From contig BTVV01000121.1 in the NCBI GenBank assembly GCA_045863855.1, positions 1 through 18,733 on the forward strand: a DNA stretch of 18,733 nt. The letters are read 5' to 3'. Positions 7,752 to 15,261 of this stretch are shown in pieces. The first letter of the stretch is position 1; each line of letters starts with the position of its first letter. Both the position numbers and the translations under genes were made by a program. Under the pieces are notes generated by a model. It saw only the letters and a list, made by a program, of their open reading frames with translations, had not been told where the DNA came from and did no database searches. Source of the DNA: Planctomycetota bacterium. Lineage in GTDB: Bacteria > Planctomycetota > SZUA-567 > H5-PLA8.

Positions 7752-9524
7752 ATGTCCTCCCTCGCATCGCCGGCCGCGCGCTCCCGCGGCGCCGACCTGC
7801 TTCTCGTCGCGGCCATCGTCCTGGGTGGCGTGCAAGGCGCGCGGCATTGGTGGTACTGCGACGACGCGTTCATCGGCTACCGCTATGCGCAGCACCTCGC
7901 CGCGGGCGAAGGTTTGGTCTTTAATCCCGGCGAACGCGTCGAAGGCTACACCGATCTGCTCTGGGTGCTCTGGAACGCCTTGCCGTTCTATTTCGGTTCG
8001 GGGCCCGAGGTCTGGGCCAACCTATCCGGCCTGACCAGCTACGTCGCCTGCCTGGGCTTGCTGGGTGTGTTGCAGCAGAGCCGTGCGCGCGCGCTCTACG
8101 GCGAACGTGCGGCGCAGACCTGGCCGCTGGCTGCGCTGGCGGGCGCGCTGCATCCCGATTGGAACGACTACGCGACCAGCGGCATCGAGACGACTCCCTT
8201 CGCGCTGGCCGTCCTGGCGGCCTACGCGGTGCTGGTCTGGAAGGAACTCACGCCCCGGCGCGCCGCGTGGGCCGGAACGCTCTTCGCCGTCGCGACACTG
8301 CTGCGCCCCGAAGGTCTGATGCTCGGTGCGTTGGGCGGGCTCTACGTGCTCTGGCAGGCTCCGCGGCGCGTCGCGTGCGCCGCGGCCTTTGCGGCGGCCG
8401 TCGCGCTCTTCTGGGGACCGGCCCAAGTCTGGCGCATGCTGTACTACGGCGACTTCTGGCCCAACACCTACTACGCCAAATCGGCCGAGCTTTCCTGGTA
8501 CGGGCAGGGCGCGCAGTACACCTGGAGCTACCTTGCGAAGTACTGGACGCTCTTGGCGCTACCGCCGCTGGCCGTGTGGGTTTGGCGTAAGGTCTCGCAA
8601 GCGGACGACGCCGCCGGCGCGCCGCGCTCGGCCTGGCCGGAAATCGTCCTCGCACTGGCCCTATGGGGCAGCTACGCCTTTTCGGTCCTGCGCGTGGGCG
8701 GCGATTTCATGTACGCACGCCTCTTCATTCACGTCGCGCCCCTTGGGCTGGTGGCGCTGGAACGGCTTTGGGAATGCGCGGCCCTCTCGCGGCGAGGCGT
8801 GTACGCCGCCGGCGCGCTGATCCTCGTCGCCGGACCCTTCGCAACCCAAGCCGCCTACCCGTACAACTTGCTGGCCTACAGCGTGGCCGATGAAGCGCGA
8901 CTGTACTCGCCCGAAGTCGGCCGCCAGCAGGACGTGAACGGATTGGAACTGCTTCGGTACACCGAAGGCGTCCCTGTTCGCGTCCTGATCTTCGGAAGCG
9001 AAGCGCGCATCGTCTACCGCGCGCGGCTGCACGATGTCCTGGAAGGCCACGGCCTGACCGACCGGACCATCGCGCGCCGGCCGCTGGCGGGACGCGGGCG
9101 CCCGGGGCATGAAAAAATTCCCACGCTGGATTACGTCCTGATCGACCGCAAGATTCAGTTCCTTTTTCGCCCCGACGCTTACGCCGAGCCGATGCAGTTC
9201 AACCGCGTGATCCCGTACTACACCGCGCATTTCGGCTCGATCGAAGCGTTCGTGCTGACGTGGGATCCGGCAATCATGCGCGCGTTGTGGGCGAAGGGCG
9301 TGCGCAGCCGCGATTTCCTGGCCGATCTCGATGCGTATCTGGCGGACCTGCCGAACGTGCCGCGCGCGAAACTCGCCGACGATTACGCGCGTTTCTGGAA
9401 CTTCTACTTTGCGCACACCGACGATCCCGCGCGCGAGCGTCCGTTCCTGGAACGATTGGGCCTGAAGGCGCGCCCCAGCGGGCTGCTCTTCCCCGAACGC
9501 TTCGCGCAGGAGCATGGGCGCTGA
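7752..9524 (+). CDS. AftB-like (GT89-type, GT-C fold) polyprenyl-phosphate-sugar-dependent glycosyltransferase, paralogue 1
   Basis: Polytopic membrane protein. DDAFIGYRYAQHLAAGEGLVFNPGERVEGYT after TM1, LLRPEG, RMLYYGDFWPNTYYAK, GGDFMYARL and GLTD...GRPGHEK all match, in order, motifs I recall from actinobacterial AftB (DD...GPVFN.GERVE, RMGYYG, GGDFMHGR, RIGHDK). Confidence 0.8.
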   Translation: MSSLASPAARSRGADLLLVAAIVLGGVQGARHWWYCDDAFIGYRYAQHLAAGEGLVFNPGERVEGYTDLLWVLWNALPFYFGSGPEVWANLSGLTSYVACLGLLGVLQQSRARALYGERAAQTWPLAALAGALHPDWNDYATSGIETTPFALAVLAAYAVLVWKELTPRRAAWAGTLFAVATLLRPEGLMLGALGGLYVLWQAPRRVACAAAFAAAVALFWGPAQVWRMLYYGDFWPNTYYAKSAELSWYGQGAQYTWSYLAKYWTLLALPPLAVWVWRKVSQADDAAGAPRSAWPEIVLALALWGSYAFSVLRVGGDFMYARLFIHVAPLGLVALERLWECAALSRRGVYAAGALILVAGPFATQAAYPYNLLAYSVADEARLYSPEVGRQQDVNGLELLRYTEGVPVRVLIFGSEARIVYRARLHDVLEGHGLTDRTIARRPLAGRGRPGHEKIPTLDYVLIDRKIQFLFRPDAYAEPMQFNRVIPYYTAHFGSIEAFVLTWDPAIMRALWAKGVRSRDFLADLDAYLADLPNVPRAKLADDYARFWNFYFAHTDDPARERPFLERLGLKARPSGLLFPERFAQEHGR

Positions 9525-9536
9525 ACGCCATACCGC

Positions 9537-10469
9537 TTACGCGTTGCGCAGCGGATTGTGCTTGGTGAAGACCGAGAAAATCTTGATCAACTGCTGGATG
9601 CCCGAATCCATATTGACGTCCGCCTTGTACCCCAGCGCGGCGAGTTTGCTGTAATCGACTTCGTAGTCGCGCTGGTCCAAGTCGTGCCCCACGTCGGCTT
9701 CGTGAAGGTAAAATTCCAGGTACTTGCGCACGTACTCGGCGATCTCGCGCTTGGTGTAGTTCATCGACGTATCGCCGACGTTGTAAACCTGCCCGCGCAT
9801 CTTATCGAAATGATCCATGGTGAACGGGTAGCTGGCCGCCGCGTCGTGACTGTGCAGGAACGTCCGCCGGAAGTGCCCTTCGTACAGGATAATCTGTCGG
9901 TTGTGAATCGCCTGGTAGACAAAATCGTTGACGAGCAGGTCCAGGCGCAGGCGCGGCGAAGGGCCGAAGACGGTGGCGAAACGCAGGATCGCGTGCTCCT
10001 GCCCGCTGTCCTTGACCAATTTCTCGGCGTCGCGCTTGTTCTGCCCGTACAGCGTCAGCGGCGCGATGGGCGTCTCCTCGGTGGCGATGCCCACCACCTT
10101 GCCGTACGTGCTCCCGGTGGACGCGAAGATCAGGCGCTGCCCTTTGCTCATCGCCATCAGCACGTTCCGCGTGCCGTCGACGTTTGTCGTGTGCGCGCGT
10201 TGCGGATCGGCCGCGCACGCCGGGTAGCCCACGATCGCCGCCAGATGCAGGATCCAGTCGTGATCCTTCACCGCCTTGGCCAGCGCCAGGCCGTCGCGCA
10301 CGTCGCCCTTCACGATATTGAGCTTGGGATGCTGGCAGAACCCGAAGAGCGGCTCCGCCCCGTACATGAACGTGTCGAAGATCGTGACCGTATGCCCGCG
10401 TTCGAGCAGCATCGGGGCGAGCACCGCGCCGATGTAGCCGGCGCCTCCGGTAATCAGGACGCGTTCCAT
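9537..10469 (-). CDS. NAD-dependent epimerase/dehydratase-family SDR, Cj1427-like GDP-sugar C4 dehydrogenase subfamily
   Basis: TGGAGYIG and YGQNK (YxxxK). Subfamily motifs LAAIVGYPAC, RFATVFGPSPRLRLDLLVNDF, YEGHFRR, DKMRGQVYN and DLDQRDY resemble C. jejuni Cj1427 as recalled. ATG 10469 lies 8 nt after the GT2 stop. Confidence 0.88.
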   Translation of the reverse strand: MERVLITGGAGYIGAVLAPMLLERGHTVTIFDTFMYGAEPLFGFCQHPKLNIVKGDVRDGLALAKAVKDHDWILHLAAIVGYPACAADPQRAHTTNVDGTRNVLMAMSKGQRLIFASTGSTYGKVVGIATEETPIAPLTLYGQNKRDAEKLVKDSGQEHAILRFATVFGPSPRLRLDLLVNDFVYQAIHNRQIILYEGHFRRTFLHSHDAAASYPFTMDHFDKMRGQVYNVGDTSMNYTKREIAEYVRKYLEFYLHEADVGHDLDQRDYEVDYSKLAALGYKADVNMDSGIQQLIKIFSVFTKHNPLRNA

Positions 10470-10477
10470 GGATGCCC

Positions 10478-11260
10478 TCAGGGTTGTCGCGGCGCTGCGT
10501 TCGCCGCGGGTGCGGACTCCAATGTGGCACCGCGCGCCCAAATCTTCAAGGCCATGCCCACATAACGGAAGGTGCGCCAGAACGTATTCTTCGACTGCCC
10601 CTGCACGCGCGCGGTCCATTTGCTGGGCACCGCGCCGACTTTTGCGCCCAGTTTGATCGGCTTCATCGTCGTCTCGCAGGCGATCTCGTGCAGCGTGCCT
10701 TCCCAGGCGATTCCGCGCGCCAATTCCCCGCGCATCAGCTTGAACCCGTACGTCAAATCGTTGACGCGCGTGAGGTACAGGATGCGGAACAGCTGTTGGA
10801 AGCCCCAGTTGAGCAGGTACTTCTTGCGGTCGTAGCCGCTGAAGCCGCCGCCCTTCATCCAGCGGCTCGCCACGACCATCTCGTAACCGTGCGCTTCCAT
10901 CGCCTCCAGCATCCGCGATACCGTCTCGTTCTCCATCTCGCCGTCGCTGTCCATGTTCAGGACCAGGTTGCCGCGGGTGAGCGCGTAACCTTCCTTCACC
11001 GCGTTGCCCAGGCCGGGATTGACCTGCTGGACGTGAATGCGAAAGCGCGGGTCCGCCGCACACAGTTCGTCGCAGACGGCGCGCGACGCCGGACCGGATT
11101 TGGGGCTCAGTACGATGATCGTCTCGAGCATCCGCGCACCCAGCTTTTCGCGCAGCCAGTTCGCGACTTCGCGCACGCTGTCCGTTTCGGCGAATACGGG
11201 CAGCACGACGCTGATGCGGTAGTCGGCGGGGGCGAGCGGGGGGAGGTTCAGTCGAGCCAT
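10478..11260 (-). CDS. GT2 glycosyltransferase, DPM1/Ppm1-like polyprenyl-phosphate glycosyltransferase
   Basis: ISVVLPVFAE, NPGLGNAVKEG, DxD motif in MDSDGE, MVVASRWMKGG, DLTYGFKLMR. No C-terminal TM pair. ATG 11260 is 11 nt after the upstream stop. Confidence 0.88.
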   Translation of the reverse strand: MARLNLPPLAPADYRISVVLPVFAETDSVREVANWLREKLGARMLETIIVLSPKSGPASRAVCDELCAADPRFRIHVQQVNPGLGNAVKEGYALTRGNLVLNMDSDGEMENETVSRMLEAMEAHGYEMVVASRWMKGGGFSGYDRKKYLLNWGFQQLFRILYLTRVNDLTYGFKLMRGELARGIAWEGTLHEIACETTMKPIKLGAKVGAVPSKWTARVQGQSKNTFWRTFRYVGMALKIWARGATLESAPAANAAPRQP

Positions 11261-11271
11261 GCGCGTCCGGG

Positions 11272-12426
11272 TTAGCCCTGGATGTCCCGGACCGCTTCCT
11301 GCCATGCGGCCATTCCCAGCGTCATCTGGCGCAGGTATTCGCGTTCGGGGCGGTCCAGCGCCGAGTCGGCTTCGAGGCTCTCGCGCAGATGGTACGTCAG
11401 GTCCAGGTAGCCCGCGCTCCAGGTCTTCGAAGCGGTCTTGAACGCGCGCAGGTACGGGATCAGGCGCTCGGTGAGGATGTAGCCGCCCAGCTCTTCGCTC
11501 AGGTCCTTCGTAAAATTATGCGGATTACGGTCCTGCGTGACGACCGGAGGTCCGTACGCGACGTGCCCGCCCAACTGGTCGCCCAGCGCGCGGATAAAGT
11601 AGCTCTGCCAGATGTCGTCCAGCCGGCCGATCTTGTACCCGCGCAGCCAGTCGCCCATCACCACCAGGTACAGCGCAGGCAGCAGATCGCGGTGCAGCGC
11701 CGTGTTCTGGCTGTTGAACGGGCACCACGTTCCGTAGGCCAGCGCGAACCGCGTCGTGCTTTCCACTTCGCGAACCTTCACCACGTTGAGCGGCTCTTCG
11801 ATGTTTGCCGTCGCGTCCACGTCGGGATTCTTGAGCCACAGTCCCGCGTTGACGATCACGTTCACGTCCTGCAGACCCACCGTCTCGCCGCCGAATTCGA
11901 AGGACTGCGCCGACTTCGGATATCCGCGGTGGTAGAAGCGCCGCGGCGGATCGCACTCCAGCCGCTCGCAGACGTTGTACCAGCCCGATTCGTTGCGAAC
12001 GACCGGGATCTTCGCGCGCGTCCCGGTCACCGCGTGCGCGGCGAGGTAATCCACGTCCTCGTGCACGAAGTTGTCGTCGTCGAAGCTGATGATGATCTCC
12101 GCGCCGTCGATCCCCGCCTGCAGGTAACCCACGTTGCGCCGCTGGATGCTGTTCCAGCGGATCACGCCGTCGAGGACCGGCCAGCGGCGCAGCATCGCCT
12201 GCTGCTCGCCGACGTCGAGGTACTTCATCATGCTGCCGAAGCGCTTGTGAAGGTCCTGCAGGAAGGTCGCCGCACCCGCCGGCGTCTTGCGGTCGCCGAC
12301 GACGATCACCTCCACGCGGTCCGAATGCCCGTACTGGGCAATGTTCTCCATGTACGCTTCGATGCAGCGCGGGACGTTGATCGTCGTCGTCACCAGCGCC
12401 ACTTTACGGCGGTCAGGTGCGGGCAT
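11272..12426 (-). CDS. RGP/GT75-family protein (UDP-arabinopyranose mutase/MtdL-like; STELLO-related), putative NDP-sugar pyranose-furanose mutase
   Basis: TTI, VVGDRKTP, RRNVGYL, ISFDDDNF (D116-118), HRGYP (R167), GLWLKNPDVDA, GTWCPFNSQNTA, IGRLDDIW, QDRNPHNFTKDL. AAGGAGG RBS. Overlaps the upstream gene by 14 nt. Confidence 0.8.
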   Translation of the reverse strand: MPAPDRRKVALVTTTINVPRCIEAYMENIAQYGHSDRVEVIVVGDRKTPAGAATFLQDLHKRFGSMMKYLDVGEQQAMLRRWPVLDGVIRWNSIQRRNVGYLQAGIDGAEIIISFDDDNFVHEDVDYLAAHAVTGTRAKIPVVRNESGWYNVCERLECDPPRRFYHRGYPKSAQSFEFGGETVGLQDVNVIVNAGLWLKNPDVDATANIEEPLNVVKVREVESTTRFALAYGTWCPFNSQNTALHRDLLPALYLVVMGDWLRGYKIGRLDDIWQSYFIRALGDQLGGHVAYGPPVVTQDRNPHNFTKDLSEELGGYILTERLIPYLRAFKTASKTWSAGYLDLTYHLRESLEADSALDRPEREYLRQMTLGMAAWQEAVRDIQG

Positions 12427-13354
12427 CGGCCGCCTCCTTGTTCGCGAGATACCAGTCGGCCGTCTGCTTCAAGCCCGCTTCCAGCGAAGTGGGCGGTTGC
12501 CAGCGCAAAACCTGCTTCATCCGCGAAACGTCCAGCACTTTGCGCAACACCCCATCGGGCTTGGACGTATCCCAGACGATCCGGCCTTCGTAGCCCGTCA
12601 CCCGAGCGGTCACTTCCGAAAGCTCTTTGATGCTCGTGCCGATCCCCGTGCCGATGTTGAGCGGCTCGGCGTAATCGGTCTCCAGCAGCCGCGCCACGCC
12701 TTCGGCCGCGTCGCCGCTGTAGAGGAACTCCCGCACCGGCGCCCCGGTGCCCCAGCAGACCACCTCGGGCTTGTTCTCCAGCTTCGCGTCGGCGAACTTC
12801 TTGATCAGCGCCGCGGCCACGTGCGAACGATACTCAGTGAAAACGTCGTACTCGCCGTACAGATTCGTGATCTGCGGGCACTGCACCGTCCAGCCGTGCT
12901 GCCGCGCGTAGGCCCGCGCGCCCACGAGCTGGACCTTCTTCGTGAAGCCGTACGCTTCCACCGACGGATGCAGCGCGCCGGCCCAGAAATCGGTTTCGTT
13001 CATGTCGCCGGCCACCGCGCCGGGATAAGCGCACGCCGAACCGATCGAGACGAAGCGCTTCACGCCTCCCGCCGCGGCCATCCCTTCGAGAAGATGCGCG
13101 GCCATCAGTACGTTATCGTGGAAAATCCGAGCCGGCTCGGCCACGCAGATGCCCAGCCCGCCGTAATACGCCGCCGAATGCACGACCGTATGCGGGCGCA
13201 CTACCTTTAAGGTGCGCGCTACGGAAACCGGATCGAGCAGGTCGAACTCCGGCCGCCCCGGCGCGGCGACTTCGTGGCCGTGCGCGCGCAGCGCTTCCAC
13301 GATCCGTCGGCCGAAGAAGCCCCGCCCGCCCGTAACTAGAATGGTCAATGCCAT
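12413..13354 (-). CDS. fcl: GDP-L-fucose synthase-like 3,5-epimerase/4-reductase
   Basis: TGGRGFFG, GSACAYP (catalytic Cys), YGFTK, TNLYG, SHV (catalytic His), WGTGAPVREFLY, WDTSKPDG. ATG at 13354. Exact substrate uncertain. Confidence 0.85.
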   Translation of the reverse strand: MALTILVTGGRGFFGRRIVEALRAHGHEVAAPGRPEFDLLDPVSVARTLKVVRPHTVVHSAAYYGGLGICVAEPARIFHDNVLMAAHLLEGMAAAGGVKRFVSIGSACAYPGAVAGDMNETDFWAGALHPSVEAYGFTKKVQLVGARAYARQHGWTVQCPQITNLYGEYDVFTEYRSHVAAALIKKFADAKLENKPEVVCWGTGAPVREFLYSGDAAEGVARLLETDYAEPLNIGTGIGTSIKELSEVTARVTGYEGRIVWDTSKPDGVLRKVLDVSRMKQVLRWQPPTSLEAGLKQTADWYLANKEAADART

Positions 13355-13382
13355 ACTCGGCTCTCGTTCCACGACTTCACAA

Positions 13383-13411
13383 GGTGTATCCGGCCCGCCC
13401 GATCTGCGCAA
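13383..13411 (-). promoter_or_regulatory. Possible weak internal sigma-70 promoter for the four-gene cassette
   Basis: TTGCGC-N17-TACACC in the only sizeable gap (105 nt) of the minus-strand run. Poor match to consensus. Confidence 0.2.
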
Positions 13412-13459
13412 TGCGGGGGCACAAGTGCAGGTTGCGCCGCAAAAGACGGCGCCGCTTCG

Positions 13460-15244
13460 CTACGGGATTGAAATTGGCGGCCCTGCCTCGAACGTGGGCC
13501 GGTCCATGCGCAAGCGACGCCGAAACGCTTCCTCGCGCTTGGGATCGGGAACGTGAATGAAATAAAAGTTCGAGAGCTTCCGGTACAGGTCCGCGGCTTC
13601 CTCGTCGCTGAGGCGGTCCAATACGGCGATCGTGCGGTCCAGATCCCCGAGGAAATCGGGCACGTTCACGCCGCGCTCCTGCAGCGCCTTCATGATCTGC
13701 GGATGCCACGTCAACACGAAGACCCGCGCGCGCTCGATGCGGATTTCCATGAAGGGGATATGCCGGTCCCCGCCGACGAACATGTAGTAGCCCGCTTCGC
13801 TGGTTGTGAAATGGACCGAGCGTTCGACCAATATGTAATGCGGCGACGCCACCTTCTCGTGCCCGGGCCGGCCGCGAACCGGCAGCGGCTGGCGAGCGAC
13901 ATGCGCGTCCGTCAGACCGTGGACTTCCAGCGCGTAGGGAACCTCGGCGCGGTAAATCACGCGCGCTTCGGAACCCGGCATCAGCATCCGCACCGGCAAT
14001 CCTTCGAAATACCGCCGGAGCGTCTCGCCCGTGTAATCGAGGTACGGGCCTTGCATGACGTTCATGTAATACAGCCGCTCGTTGGAAATGCCGCGCCCGT
14101 AATCCATCCGGTCCTGCTTGAACGCCGTCCAGAACGGATGCCCCGCCAGGATCAGCACCGCGGCCAAGCCCAGCGCGGGCCATCGACCCAGGAAGCGCAG
14201 CAGCGTGTAATCCAGCACCAGCAGCGCGAAGGGCGTCGCTGGGATCAGCAGGCGCGAGAACATGAAATCGCCGCCCACGCGCGCCACGTATAACGTGTAC
14301 GCCAGCGCTACGGCTCCGGCCAGCACCACCAGCGGCGCGTCCGCGTCGCGGCCGGCAAGCTCGCTTGCGCGGGACTTCCAGCCCGTCCACGCCAACCACA
14401 AAAGCCATAGCGCAGGCAACGCCGCCAGTGGCCAATAAACCTGCACGTACGTCCAGACGTAGTAAAGCCCCTGGCTGTAGTAGGGGAGGTTGGCCGATTT
14501 CGCGTAGTAGGTATTGGGAAAGAAGTCGCCGTAGTACGCCATGCGCCAGGCTTGCGCCGGTGTCCACAACACCAAAAAGGTACCCGCGTAGCGCAACGCC
14601 GTGACGAGCCGCGGAGTGCCGCGCCAAAGCACGAACAGCCCCGCGAGGAACGCGGGCAGCACCCCATCGGGGCGGAGCAGACCTGCTACGGCAAAGCTCG
14701 CACCCGCCGCCCACGGCGCCCAGCGTTTTTCGTTGAGCACCGCCAAGCACGCGAAGCCGCAAACCAGCGCCGCCGTGATAGCCGAGGTCTCCAGGCCGCC
14801 GGTGGCGTAAACCGCCCAATCGGGATGCAACCCCGCCGCCAGCGCCGCGAAGGGCAGCGTGAGCGTCGCGGCCGGATGCGCCTGCCGCGCCCAACGGCGA
14901 TGCAGCCATGCCAACAGCAGGATCGTCGCCCCGAAGCATGCGATCCCCGAAACATTGGCCCATGTCTCCGGGGTGACGCCGCACGGAAACGCGAGGCTGC
15001 ACCACAGCACCCAGAGCAGATCGGTGAACCCTTCCACGCGCTCGCCCAAGTTGAAGACGAGACCGTGGCCTTGGTAGAGATGCTTCGAATACCGGAATAC
15101 GATGTACGCGTCGTCGCTGACCCACCAAAAGCGTACGCTCTGAACGAGGCCGCCCAAAAGCGCCAGCGCGATCAGCGCGCGGGTAAGCCAGCCGCCCCCG
15201 TCGCGGCGGACGGCGGCTTCGGGAGCGGTCGGGGCCGGCGGCAT
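13460..15244 (-). CDS. AftB-like (GT89-type, GT-C fold) glycosyltransferase, paralogue 2
   Basis: DDAYIVFRYSKHLYQGHGLVFNLGERVEGFT, LLRPDG, RMAYYGDFFPNTYYAK, GGDFMFSRL, GLTD...GRPGHEK. Colinear with 7752..9524 over its full length. ATG 15244 is 17 nt after the ALDH stop. Confidence 0.8.
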   Translation of the reverse strand: MPPAPTAPEAAVRRDGGGWLTRALIALALLGGLVQSVRFWWVSDDAYIVFRYSKHLYQGHGLVFNLGERVEGFTDLLWVLWCSLAFPCGVTPETWANVSGIACFGATILLLAWLHRRWARQAHPAATLTLPFAALAAGLHPDWAVYATGGLETSAITAALVCGFACLAVLNEKRWAPWAAGASFAVAGLLRPDGVLPAFLAGLFVLWRGTPRLVTALRYAGTFLVLWTPAQAWRMAYYGDFFPNTYYAKSANLPYYSQGLYYVWTYVQVYWPLAALPALWLLWLAWTGWKSRASELAGRDADAPLVVLAGAVALAYTLYVARVGGDFMFSRLLIPATPFALLVLDYTLLRFLGRWPALGLAAVLILAGHPFWTAFKQDRMDYGRGISNERLYYMNVMQGPYLDYTGETLRRYFEGLPVRMLMPGSEARVIYRAEVPYALEVHGLTDAHVARQPLPVRGRPGHEKVASPHYILVERSVHFTTSEAGYYMFVGGDRHIPFMEIRIERARVFVLTWHPQIMKALQERGVNVPDFLGDLDRTIAVLDRLSDEEAADLYRKLSNFYFIHVPDPKREEAFRRRLRMDRPTFEAGPPISIP

Positions 15245-15261
15245 GCGTGGTCGGTCTCGCT

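Noticed and set aside
10470..11063. Apparent 198-aa N-terminal extension of the SDR (possible fusion or frameshift with the GT2)
   Set aside because: It is an off-frame reading of the GT2 gene. The SDR has its own ATG at 10469 directly before the Rossmann motif.
9537..13354. Nucleoside or aminocyclitol antibiotic cluster (A201A/hygromycin A-like), suggested by the MtdL-like gene
   Set aside because: No scaffold, tailoring, resistance or export genes. The neighbours are lipid-carrier and GT-C enzymes.
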